64,000 bases of DNA from Paraphysomonas bandaiensis. Lineage: Eukaryota; Protista; Chrysophyceae. Positions 22,397 to 34,282 of the stretch are shown in pieces. The DNA lies in assembly GCA_965644295.1 (NCBI GenBank), contig CBFFRP010000608.1, forward strand, positions 35,318 through 99,317. Direction: 5' to 3'. The notes under the pieces are model-generated. The model saw only the letters and a program-made list of their open reading frames with translations. It ran no database searches and was not told where the DNA came from. The first letter of the stretch is position 1. Every line of letters starts with the position of its first letter. Both the position numbers and the translations under genes were made by a program.

Positions 22397-24836
22397 TTCC
22401 TCCGTAGCACTAGTCAATGTTGAAGTATCCTCCTAAATCATTGTTCTCTGCATAGCCATAGCTGCACTTAGCTTATAGCTGAACTATGAACCTCAACTTT
22501 AGGCTCTTCTTCCATAAAATGAATCAATATGAATCAATGAATATGTCTACAACTATAAACCTATCCACAAGCAACTTTCAAAAAGTATAGAAATTGCATC
22601 TTATTATCAATAATCAATATATACTACCTAAGATTCTATGGCCAACAGAATGAACATCATTCACATTCAATACCAATATATGAAGCGTAAGGCTGGAGAA
22701 GTTTATTGGAGAATTCTGTGTATGATATCCATGATCCAGTAATACGGTTGTACGTTACATATTCTATTATATGCTTATTGTATATTTAAGTGTACTTGGA
22801 GGTACGTATGCTATGAATCAACTACAATGAGAATACTGAGTGTATATTCCCTTTAAGTTATACATTGATGATGAGTTGGTATGATATGCATGTATTTATA
22901 TATTATTGCCTCATTCCGAGAGCGTACTCAAGTAAAATGCCAGAGTTGAATAAACTAAGTAACGCATAGATTCTTAATTAAATTTCAGAGTATAAGCAAG
23001 CTCTATCTAGATCTACACTATATACTTAACCTATTTATTTATCTGCAGGTTAATAACGTGCCTGCATGACTAAATCCCAAGTATCGAGGACTCACCTCCG
23101 TCCGTGTAATCGGCGTTACCCTCTAGTGAACTTGCCGAATATGAGGAGACAAAAGAGTCTACAGCTCAATATTCTATATGAATCCAAAACAATACAATTT
23201 AGTTACAAGAGTGAATTGTGAGTGCAAAAGACAACTCAAAGACCTTGTCTCTTGACTACTGAAACACAATCAATTGCAAAGTATTTTACGAGCAATTAAA
23301 GTAATTAATTACTATGACACAACAGAGTTTGAGAACTCCAGCTATGACTCACAGTTCGGTCTGATAACCAAGACTATGACTCGTGATGACACTAAACTAC
23401 AATCGCTATATGGGTATCAAGGAAGTGAAACTAAAGAAGCGATATTATTACAAAAAAGAAAACTTTTGTTCAAATCAGCTATACTCGAGTGATTGACTCC
23501 AGCACGCAAACACCACCGCGAGTGATGTCAGGTCGCTAGGTACCCAAGTAAGGTTAACATAAACAAACAGTGATTCACAACAGAAACATAATATATAAAA
23601 ACAATTGTAGATTCGCACTCACACAACGTCATTCATGTCACACTGTCTTGCAACACACAACCACAACACAGGCTGTGTCATACAGCAAGTGAGTCCAGTA
23701 CCTTAGGCCCTTAGGCGCAAGGAGCTTCGTCAACGAGCGGCAAACGGCGTCCTGGGGATCCTACTGTGCATTGCGCTCCATTGAACACACATTAGCCTTA
23801 TGGAGACAAGCAAGTCGTACACATATATCCACCAAAATCCATGGAGATTGAGGTCTCTGAATGTGCTTCTATCCATGACCAGTGCATGCAAGGCCCGTGT
23901 AATACTCTGATGTGTGGCTATAGAGGCATGCATGGCATGTCTCTGATATACATGTTCCTGCGGCACTGGGTTGTAAAGCTAAGAGTCATATTCAATACTA
24001 AAGAGCTGCAGACCGAGCACTGGTTCAGGTATGAGAGAAGTTTGAGGCCTTAGTCATATCGTGGAACTAGTTCTTTACTTTTGTGTTGCAATAAATAATA
24101 CGAGTGATTATTGGTTGTCTGATGAATGCGTTTATAGTTATTCGCGCTTTCAATGCATTGTAGTCCTGTAGTTTCAGCATGTAGTAACGCACTACGGCCA
24201 CGTAAGTGCCCGAGTTGTCATGTGGTCACTATACGTATTAATTTGGTTTAATTTCACGTAGAGAATGTTCTGTGGTTGAAAAGGAATACATCGTGATAAC
24301 TAAACTTACATCAGAACAAGATCAGTGGGTATCAGTTTTGTATTTAGTATTTAGCAGATCATACACGACCAGAGCACGCCAATGTAGGCGTACAGATATT
24401 CGAGAGCATAGACGAGATCTGGTCGTGTATGAAGTGCTAAATACAAAACCGCTCCGATTATACTGCGATATGGAAACGTTGATCCCAAGACGCTTTAACT
24501 TTTCCTCAACGATAATTAAGTGATAAAATGAGCGACAGTCTCTAATGTATGCCCCCATCTTTCACATAGTTTTAACACCATTACGAATCTCGATCCATAC
24601 CAATTCAAGTATATATAAGTGTTGTGCATTTAATATTAGCTAGCAGTGTTATAGACGTACGAATTCTCAGAGTATACTAGGAAAAGATGATTGCAAATAT
24701 ACAATACTTTCCTTGAAACTCGTTGACAAAATACAGTAGTAAATAAAATTATTTACACCATTATATTCCGCTATACAGTCGAAATCCCACGACGCCAGCA
24801 ATAATTACAAACGCTATTACTAACACTATCATATTT

Positions 24837-27800
24837 TTACCACTCAACATCATCATCACTCGAATCAGATCCATTGGTTGTGTTCATTTTTCGAATTTGC
24901 TGTAGCTTCTTCTTGAAGCTCTTCATGGCATCCTCTTGGGAATGCTGCCTTGTGCGTGCTGGAACTGGGACTGGTTTCGAAACTACCAGTGACTCAGCCC
25001 GATTTCCTGTATCGCGTTTAGGGATCGGCTTAGTGGTAATCCTCTTCTTTGCTTTCTCAGCTTCTTTTTTCCAGTCTTCATTTTCCTGCACAGATATCTT
25101 GTACATCGTTGAAAACTTTATGATGAGAGCAAAGAAGGTCTGCCAGGGGTCTTCATCAGTGGCTCCAGGGCTACAACCTAATACAATCTCACCAAAATGT
25201 CCCTTGAGAGACGACACTGCGCGATCTGCTTCGTCAAACAGTAAACTAAGGTCTTTGTACGCTTCAGAAGCCGAAGTTATAAACTGACCTACAACACAGA
25301 TACTATTATAAGAAACAGATGAAGAAGTAGTCGCCAACACACCTAAGCGGTCAATGAGTGGGCCTTTGACAGACGGGCTCGACAACTCCTCTGCGAATTC
25401 GATTTCCGCCATACAGTTATCAAGAGACAATTGTAAATCTTTCATCACCACCTCCAAGCTCTCACGGAATATCTTTGGCGCCAGCCACATTGATTTCCAG
25501 GAACTGTAGAACGGTGGCATATCAGGGTAGAGCATTGAGAGCTGCTCGATCACGAAGTGCAATAGTGTCCTTCTGCCTGGTCCTGTTTGTTTAACGTTTC
25601 TCACCTTTAGCAGAGTATCAAGGCGGTAGCCATGTGCTTGTCCACGTGTAGTAGCACCATTCATGTAATTACCAGCGGATAGGATAGCGCCCATAACAGT
25701 TCGCAGGGAGCCCATACATGGTTCACCGGCTAACTCGGTGACGGACTGAATAATAATATTAAGCTGCTCAGATACCATCTCCGCTTGTTCAAACCAAGAC
25801 AACATGATGCGCTGAGTTATTAAACGCTGCTCCAGTCTCTCAATATCCATGAACAAATAAAACAGCTTTCCGCAAAAATCGAGTTCATCAATTTCGCCAT
25901 TGTAGGACCGTATAACATTCAACTCCTCGGTCGTCGGTACCAACAGATTAAGAATAGTGTCATTAACATCAGCAGTAAGCTCATCTGGATCGAGTCCAAT
26001 CACCAAGTCAAAGAGTTCCTCGGGGGTCTTCCGCAACTTACCACATGCTATAGCAACATTCTGGGTCCTACGGCTGTCGAAAAGGGACACTTTTTTGGTT
26101 GCGTTGCTACCACCTTTCACGGACGACCGTATATTAGCCCTTCTACGGCTAGTAACGACAGCAAACTGAGATTCCAGATCTGACCACGACAACTCCGGTT
26201 CCTCCACTTCCTCCCATATTGTATTGTAAACATTTACCGGCTTTACCTTGCTCCAGAATAGTTGTTTCACCTTTTTGGTTGGAGTTTTAACCGGTTTCGG
26301 CGGAGGCATAGGTGGTAATGGAGGTGCCCGAGGAACAGGCCGGGAACTATCAGGAACCGCGAGAGGATACTTTCGACCCGCAAATACGTCCTCTTCCTCA
26401 ACAACTGGACGTGGTGCGTAGTTACTGACAACGTATGTGGTAATATCTTTCAGCGCTCCAAGGAGTTTACCCTCGTTGCGATGAACTTTCAATTCATACT
26501 GCAAAAAATTGGCTAGGTCAACTGCACTCATTGAAGGACCTGACGCAGACGTTCCCCCACCATTCACAAAATCTTCAACACTGGATGCATATATAGTAGC
26601 TACATCTTCCTTGGCAACCGACCTGTACAATGCCACCTGCTGCTCCAACTTCTTCCTCAGTTTCAGTAGTACTGATGCACTCAACGTAGGAACAGGTGGA
26701 CGACGAAAGGGCGCCCGGCGAAGAAACCTGCCTTTACGCACTGCAGTAAGAGCGACCAACCATTTGTGCTTTGTCGCAACTGTATCAAAACATAAGTGCA
26801 GTTTTCCTCCATCAGCAATAACAATGGTAAAACAATTCTGAAGAAGAAAATTTATTTTAGATGTAAGGGTACTATAGTCCACAATGTCGACAATGTCGTC
26901 TATTAAAATAGTTCCTAATCTCTTGCTTGCTGAATGTTGTGCAGTATATGTACTGCACTCTACTGAAGCATACCATGCCAAACTGTTGTCTTCAATTTTG
27001 TACCACAGCCGCCTCGCAGCCACACTCTCTTTAAGCATTTCTGTGCGACTACCCTGAAAGGAGCTTCGTCTTCTGGACATAGCAGATTCAGATGCCCTCC
27101 TCTCGGTTAGAGATGACCGACGCAAGGATAATCTTCTCCCCACCTTACCTATCGACGTCATCGTGTTGTCTACGATCTTTCCGAGGTCATCTCCTGTCAT
27201 CCACATTCCATCGGATTCACCTTCAACTTCATCCTTTTCCACAATTTCAATGGCGTAGCCTTCCATTTTGCCTTCATTTGGATGCACCACGGCCAACAAG
27301 CCATCAGCAAGCCCTTCGCCCATGTCCTCATCGCATACCCACACCCCTGCTCTCAACTTCTGTGTGTATGACTCCGCCGTTGTACATTCCCCGCAGTTAC
27401 TTTCGAAGTCATCGACACCAGATGCTACACAGGGTGAATCCTCTAGAGGAGTTGGCTTCTGTGGACTTCGCATCCCACCCGTTTTCCTGTACTCCTTCAG
27501 CATTTCCGAACACGTTTTATCAAAATCTAAATCAAGCAATGTTCGACGCATAGCCATTCGTTGATCAATGTCTCGCTCATATAGCATAATAGAGTTTACC
27601 AACCCCAGAATGGCAGTCTGAAGCAGAAGGTTGCCTGATTTGAAAGCATTAACCAGAAGCGAAAAGAGTTTCTCTCCTCGAGACCGAGCAAGTCGAGAGA
27701 GCCCCTGAATAACCTGCCACACGGCATCAGCGCCGCCAAATATTATGCATTCTGAGAGCAGATCTAAAGCCTCTAGGGCTAAAGATGGGTGTTCAAATCT

Positions 27801-29882
27801 CAGTGCATCTACAAAACTATCGACTGTACCCTTGGTGGCCATAACAAATACACGACATTCTGTTTCCATGATGATTCTAAAACATCGAAGAATTTGCTGA
27901 ACGCTGCACATATCAACCTCATGCAAAGGATGCTGTTCAAATGATTTGTCCAAAATCGATGCAAGAATAGAAACGCCTCTAGTAGCACAAAAGCGATGAA
28001 GCCATTCGAAGTTTGCAGTGGCTTGTCTTATACGGTACCTCAAGATTAGTAGAAGGAAAGATGAGGCAGGATCATCAGAGCCCAGGCTGGCGATCAAATC
28101 TCTGTCTTCAGCAGAAAAGCAAATATCTTCATCCCACAGCGAAACACCTTTTACAATACGCGCCAGCTTATCAGTTGTCGTGAGCTCAACATCCAGGACT
28201 GCTTTGATATCATTAGGCACCTCAAGTAGCCTCAATAGATCATCGAAAACTCTATCGACCTCTGTGATAGTACCAGCATCCAGTTGCGCGTCTGTTTTAC
28301 CCTCGACAGTCCCTACTAATCGTCGCACTACAGCCCGCGCAACTTTATCATGGAGGTACGGTAGTTCTTGAGCACTTGTTTCTTCCAGGGCCTCTATAAA
28401 CGCCTTCTTCGATTTAAACCCCGTATAGTCAATGCTACGGTCCAAACAAAGCTGCGCAAGGTCAAGAATTCCCATCGTTCTCAAATCATGAGCATCATGG
28501 GGAGTTGTAGAAGGCTCATCCGGCTCTGAATCTGAATCAGAAACATGGGCAAAGAGTGAGGTCACTCCAGTGTTTGTCGGAACAGTCTCAGTCTTGTTTT
28601 TAGTCGAGTCTCCCATGGTGGTCTCAGGAGAATCTGAACCAGATACACTACCGTCAGGAGTACTCACAAGAGACTGATAGTCGCCTTGTGATGCACATGC
28701 TACCACACGAGAAATTCTTGTAGGATTGCCGCCATACAGCTGGGCAATACTGTCAAGAACCTCTTCAGCCTCTCCCCCAACCTCTTGAAGAAATTCGAAC
28801 TCAGTGTATTTATCCAGTAACTCCTGTAAGCAGTTTTCCAGCTGAAAACGGCGACTTTCGAGCTCATCTTCTCCTAATTTAACTCCAAAAGCACTACGCT
28901 TATACTGCCTTGGGAAAGGCTCTTCAACTGCAATATCCGATGTGACCCTCAAGCGGTTGAACGCATCCCTGATATCGGAGTAAAAGTGGTATGCGCTTTG
29001 TACTTGGCGGCACTTTACAAAAACGCGTACAAGAAAAACAGACTCCTGCATACTCTCCAAGATATCAACATCTGTAACTAGCGACACACGAACCGCTGCA
29101 GCATGATGTTTATGCCTCATTTGCAGCACAGTGGAAGCCAGTGCGTGCTCCCACCGCTGTAGCACAGCTTCAGTGTGTGCCGAAACTAGTATGTCGGTCC
29201 GAACACCCCCACTACGAGCATTATAGTCTCGCCCCCCACCAGAACTTATACTTAGTAGATAAGGACGTTCACTACTCATCGGGCGACGTCTAGTTACCGT
29301 GCAATGCTTATCAATGAGAAACTCGCCTTTTTTTTGAGCCATTGTATCGTCTGTGTAATGGCAAAGAGAATAAGCAGTAGCCGTACGGCTCAGTACGAAC
29401 CACCGCCTATTCCAAGCCATCATAATATTGCTTTGTTTTTGCAGGTACCCATAAAGCAGCACGCTAGAACTCTCCCCACTCCATATGTCAAGTTTAATAG
29501 ATTTCCGAGGGTGCATGCTTAAAGATGCATCAGCACAAAATTCTGCAGCCTGACTGCTGTGTAGAGGATCAATCACATCTTGGATAGCTCTCTCCCAACT
29601 GCCAAGTGTAGTCATATCTGGAGCACATATGAGCATCTCCTTCTTTGTGGTGTCATCATATATACTGAGCAGGTGCTTATGAGAGCCCTCTGGAGGCTTA
29701 CGAGTGATTCTAGTGGAGCCACTGATCTTACACTCCCCCTTCTTAGAGGCGAGAGTCTGATCTGTGTAATAGCACAAGCTTGTATCTGTTAAAACAAACC
29801 AGCGAGTGTGCCAGGTCGATATGAGCCCATGTCCCTGCTTATCAAGGAACCCGTTCTTAATTACTCTATGAGACGATGCCAT
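24837..29882 (-). CDS. Multidomain formin: PH-PH-PX-like-GBD/FH3-PH-FH1-FH2 (probable 54-nt intron 25289-25342)
   Basis: FH2 motifs KQLFWSK, TIW, R.QNVAI and GNYMNG.T.RGQAHGY.L..L.K; short poly-Pro FH1; two N-terminal PH domains (GFLDKQG..W..RWFVL); PX-like FP..K...RR.QLE..LQ. Confidence 0.93.
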   Translation of the reverse strand: MASSHRVIKNGFLDKQGHGLISTWHTRWFVLTDTSLCYYTDQTLASKKGECKISGSTRITRKPPEGSHKHLLSIYDDTTKKEMLICAPDMTTLGSWERAIQDVIDPLHSSQAAEFCADASLSMHPRKSIKLDIWSGESSSVLLYGYLQKQSNIMMAWNRRWFVLSRTATAYSLCHYTDDTMAQKKGEFLIDKHCTVTRRRPMSSERPYLLSISSGGGRDYNARSGGVRTDILVSAHTEAVLQRWEHALASTVLQMRHKHHAAAVRVSLVTDVDILESMQESVFLVRVFVKCRQVQSAYHFYSDIRDAFNRLRVTSDIAVEEPFPRQYKRSAFGVKLGEDELESRRFQLENCLQELLDKYTEFEFLQEVGGEAEEVLDSIAQLYGGNPTRISRVVACASQGDYQSLVSTPDGSVSGSDSPETTMGDSTKNKTETVPTNTGVTSLFAHVSDSDSEPDEPSTTPHDAHDLRTMGILDLAQLCLDRSIDYTGFKSKKAFIEALEETSAQELPYLHDKVARAVVRRLVGTVEGKTDAQLDAGTITEVDRVFDDLLRLLEVPNDIKAVLDVELTTTDKLARIVKGVSLWDEDICFSAEDRDLIASLGSDDPASSFLLLILRYRIRQATANFEWLHRFCATRGVSILASILDKSFEQHPLHEVDMCSVQQILRCFRIIMETECRVFVMATKGTVDSFVDALRFEHPSLALEALDLLSECIIFGGADAVWQVIQGLSRLARSRGEKLFSLLVNAFKSGNLLLQTAILGLVNSIMLYERDIDQRMAMRRTLLDLDFDKTCSEMLKEYRKTGGMRSPQKPTPLEDSPCVASGVDDFESNCGECTTAESYTQKLRAGVWVCDEDMGEGLADGLLAVVHPNEGKMEGYAIEIVEKDEVEGESDGMWMTGDDLGKIVDNTMTSIGKVGRRLSLRRSSLTERRASESAMSRRRSSFQGSRTEMLKESVAARRLWYKIEDNSLAWYASVECSTYTAQHSASKRLGTILIDDIVDIVDYSTLTSKINFLLQNCFTIVIADGGKLHLCFDTVATKHKWLVALTAVRKGRFLRRAPFRRPPVPTLSASVLLKLRKKLEQQVALYRSVAKEDVATIYASSVEDFVNGGGTSASGPSMSAVDLANFLQYELKVHRNEGKLLGALKDITTYVVSNYAPRPVVEEEDVFAGRKYPLAVPDSSRPVPRAPPLPPMPPPKPVKTPTKKVKQLFWSKVKPVNVYNTIWEEVEEPELSWSDLESQFAVVTSRRRANIRSSVKGGSNATKKVSLFDSRRTQNVAIACGKLRKTPEELFDLVIGLDPDELTADVNDTILNLLVPTTEELNVIRSYNGEIDELDFCGKLFYLFMDIERLEQRLITQRIMLSWFEQAEMVSEQLNIIIQSVTELAGEPCMGSLRTVMGAILSAGNYMNGATTRGQAHGYRLDTLLKVRNVKQTGPGRRTLLHFVIEQLSMLYPDMPPFYSSWKSMWLAPKIFRESLEVVMKDLQLSLDNCMAEIEFAEELSSPSVKGPLIDRLGVLATTSSSVSYNSICVVGQFITSASEAYKDLSLLFDEADRAVSSLKGHFGEIVLGCSPGATDEDPWQTFFALIIKFSTMYKISVQENEDWKKEAEKAKKRITTKPIPKRDTGNRAESLVVSKPVPVPARTRQHSQEDAMKSFKKKLQQIRKMNTTNGSDSSDDDVEW

Positions 29883-30045
29883 TCACAGAAAGTTCCAACA
29901 CTACAGTTAGATATTCGTCAAAGGAGAAAGGCATAAGAAGATAAGGGGAATAATCAGTGACATGGTTCCAATACTAACACACTATAGTAACATACACACA
30001 CTCCACAGCAAGAAAATGAACATGTTCAAACAACAGCTACACAGA

Positions 30046-31137
30046 ACATACATACATACATACATACATACATACATACATACATACATACATACAAACA
30101 TACATACATACATACATACATACAAACATACATACATACATACATGCATATGTACATACATACATACATACAAACATACATACATACATACATACATACA
30201 TACATACATACATACATACATACATACATACAATCATACATACATACATACATACATACATACATACGAACATACATACATACATACATACATACATACA
30301 TACATACATACATACATACATACATACATACATACATACATACAAACATACATACATACATACATACATACATACATACATACATACATACATACATACA
30401 TACATACATACATACATACATACATACATACATACATACATACATACATACATACATACATACATACATACATACATACATACATACATACATACATACA
30501 TACATACATACATACATACATACATACATACATACATACATACATACATACATACATACGAACATACATACATACATACAAACATACATACATACATACA
30601 TACATACATACATACATACATACATACATACATACATACATACATACATACATACATACATACATACATACATACATACATACATAACATACATACATAC
30701 ATACATACATACATACAAACATACATACATACATACATACATACATACATACATACATACATACATACATACATACATACATACATACATACATACATAC
30801 ATACATACATACATACATACATACATACATACATACATACATACATACATACATACATACATACATACTACATACATACATACGAACATACATACATACA
30901 TACATACATACATACATACATACATACATACATACATACATACATACATACATACATACATACATACATACATACATACATACATACAAACATACATACA
31001 TACATACATACATACATACATACATACATACATACATACATACATACATACATACATACATACATACATACATACATACATACATACATACATACATACA
31101 TACATACATACATACATACATACATACATACATACAT
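30046..31137. repeat. (TACA)n microsatellite, ~1.09 kb, between divergent formin and MORN genes
   Basis: Read directly. Confidence 0.99.
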
Positions 31138-31254
31138 GAGTTCGGAGCCGTGTATTCAGTGTGTTGGCTCTGTGGATGGTCTGGTCTGTTCTTATTCCTC
31201 GAAACTTTGAAGAACAATTTTAAACATAGTATTTTAATTAACCTACACGCTCGA

Positions 31255-32022
31255 ATGCAGAGTTTATCATCTCTCCGTCGGCTGCCTATCAGTGTAGGTA
31301 GAAATTATGGGAGAGTTCAGAGAGTGGCCACACACATGACAGCGATGGACTACTCGACGACTCCTGTCCTCCAGCTGCCTCGTCAAGCGAACCCTTATCC
31401 CCCCGGTACTGTTGTAGAAGGGGAATTTACGAAGAAGAAGTGGACAGGAAAGGGTAAGGTTGTGCACACCAGTGGTCAGAAGTTGGAAGGGCTTTTTAAA
31501 GATGGCATGCTGATGCGAGGAAAGATCACGTTTCCTAATGGAGACACATATGAAGGGGAGCTAAGAAGAAATAAACCTCACGGACGAGGCAAATCTACAT
31601 CGATATTTGAGGGAGAAGCTTTTGAGTATGATGGCGAATGGGTTGACGGTGAGAAGCATGGATACGGTGTACAGACTGAACCAGATGGAGTGTACAGTGG
31701 TAATTTTACTAATAACATGCAAAGCGGCCATGGCAAATTTACATTTAACTCTGGAACAGTGAAGGATATCGAGGGGAAAATTGTGAATGGGAACTGGGTC
31801 GGTGAAATAACCATGACTACAACAGATGGTAATGTATATATTGGCGAACTGTTAGACAATTTCGTCATGCACGGAAAAGGAAAGCTACTGGACCAGAATG
31901 GCGCTTTATATTATGAAGGAGAGTTTAAACACGGTAAAATGCATGGAGAAGGAAAAATGAATGTATATGGTACAATGCGGGATGTTATGTTTGAAGATGG
32001 TAACTTAACAGCATTAAGGTAG
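31255..32022 (+). CDS. MORN-repeat protein with a possible mitochondrial presequence
   Basis: Repeated Y.G.[FW]..G..HG.G motifs; Arg/Ser-rich, acid-free N-terminus MQSLSSLRRL. Confidence 0.9.
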   Translation: MQSLSSLRRLPISVGRNYGRVQRVATHMTAMDYSTTPVLQLPRQANPYPPGTVVEGEFTKKKWTGKGKVVHTSGQKLEGLFKDGMLMRGKITFPNGDTYEGELRRNKPHGRGKSTSIFEGEAFEYDGEWVDGEKHGYGVQTEPDGVYSGNFTNNMQSGHGKFTFNSGTVKDIEGKIVNGNWVGEITMTTTDGNVYIGELLDNFVMHGKGKLLDQNGALYYEGEFKHGKMHGEGKMNVYGTMRDVMFEDGNLTALR

Positions 32023-32505
32023 TTGTTAAACAGTTAAATATATTTACAATAGAATGGTTGAGCGTAGTTCCTCTTCTTAATTAAATTAAATCACATCGAG
32101 GAGAAATACTACCGTTAAATAGTGTTAAATAGCAGGAGCTTCCTATTTAGTGCTGCGGATGACGTTGCTACGATCGAGTAAGGTGACTTTCTGCTGTGCT
32201 GCGGTTTGCTACATCGCTACACCAGTCTACAGGAATTTTCTAGTCATAGTAGAGTGCCATCGCCAAACTAAACAGCGTCGTGTCATACGAATTCATTATT
32301 CATTACTCTCGGTACAATGTGATACACAATTACGATTCGGATACGTAATTCTAATAATGACAAGAAATGACACTGCGCACCAGTTACACTAAATATGAAT
32401 AAAGTAACTCTCAAATCGAGGTGTCAATTTCAGGCGATAATACATGGTCAAAGTTCTACGAGGAAAGTTGTCGCCACATCTGGACTATTGCTACAATATA
32501 AAATT

Positions 32506-33265
32506 CTACTCCACCACAATTTCAACTTGCTCCATGAGTTCTGCTGATGTTTCCTCAGCACTTGGGCTCAACGACAACGAGTTTTCATAAGGTAATTGCA
32601 AAGCATTAGGAGATGAACAATGAAGCTTCACTTCTCCATCATCTTTAAAACTAGTAAAGTAACTGATATACTCATCCTGGCTGCATGAAAAGATATCTCC
32701 CATGAGTCTTGTAACAGCTTCGAGCTGCTGTGACAATTGAATAGGGGTTGGTGTGTCAACGAGCTGAATAGTACATGCCTGGACGGCCATCTCTTCTGAT
32801 ACTACGCGACAAGCCACTTTTTCGTACACACCATCCCCAATAGATATAATACTCTTCGGGGTTTCGTCGTACGATTGAAGAAGCATCCGAAAGGACTTAA
32901 CTTTCCACAGCATGGGATTGTTGGGCGTACACGCGACAAAGAGGTCTTGTGCGGATACCACAGGAATGTTGTTCTCCACCACAAAGGCAAGAACATGACG
33001 AAAAAAAGTGCATAGAGTGAATTGAACCCAATCCAGAGTAGCGTTGGTGATGATAACTACTCGGCCTAGGGCCATAGCATGCTTAAGTGTAGAAATGGAC
33101 ACCTGTTCCATTTCATATACTCTCTCCCGCACACCCGCACCACTCCAAACAAAATTCTGCATCGATACAATGAATAAATATGTAAGATGGAGTCGATGGT
33201 CTCACCTGGTCGGACAGGAATGAGCTGCACACTAGTGTGTCGTCGTAATCGAATATAATCAACAT
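32506..33265 (-). CDS. HAD-superfamily hydrolase-like protein (FDxDDTL family), one intron ~33159-33205
   Basis: Exon 1 MLIIFDYDDTLVCSSFL (motif I) splices to an exon with ITNA (II), WK (III) and SIGDG..E (IV). The start codon is uncertain. Confidence 0.8.
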
Positions 33266-34282
33266 CGCTGTGGATTAACAGCACTCTGTAGTTGTGTTTC
33301 GATGGAAGATACATGACGAAAGAGATGTTGAGTCGGCAATCAAATGTGTAGAGCTCAAGACACTTCCAGTAATGACAGCAGTTGCTGTGGCAACATTAAC
33401 TGTAGCTGCTGCAACATCTAGACATCATATACCCGTGCATACAGTTACGTATACAGCAGCAGGGCAGCAGGTATACCGTATATCTACACATAGCTACTGT
33501 ATTTGTACCGTATACGCCAAGAGTGTGATACGGCACTTTGTCCCAATATATCGATCGCTCGTAGCTATGGCGTAACCGGATGACATGTGGATGGCATGCG
33601 GAGATATGTATGTATGTATGCTATGAATGTACACTCTCTGTCTAGATGTCCATCAGACTTCCAACAAGTATCTAGTAGTGTTCCCCTTCAGGGTATGTCT
33701 CTACAATAAATAGATTCAATATAACGATGTTGATGAGTGGAAACTATTGATGATCTACAGTATACACTACTGAAACAGGTGCTATAGTGCGATGGGATCG
33801 TGTGTAAAAATGGTGTAAGAAATATCTGTCTGTGTAAAACGGGAAAAATATACTGCAATGGTATTGTCAGGTATCAGGTACCCCACTAATATATAGCTGA
33901 TCCGACAAAACTATTGCAACATAGTAATGTCATTATCCAGTAGCTGCACATATGAGTAATTCCATTTTTAGTTCTAGTCTTTAAGATCACGTATCGCATG
34001 GTCACCAGTCCGACTACTGCACAGCTAATAATCCAAAACATCGTAGTGTATAGTATACCATCGGCCTAATATGTGGAATAGCAGATAAAAGAAACAACCT
34101 GGTCCTTCGCCCGAAATCTACCCTTTCAACGTAAAATATAAGTATATAGAAAGTAAAATGCTAAATTATTATCAATTGCTACAAGGAATATACTTTCTAC
34201 TTGTAGTTTGCACTAATCTATAGCAGCACCCTATTCACTGTTCCGCTACACTACCAACATAAAAAGAAATAGCTCATATGCC

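Noticed and set aside
22600-24560. Short ORFs between the Copia element and the formin 3' end
   Set aside because: Fragmentary, with no recognisable motif or consistent splice model; probably decayed mobile DNA.
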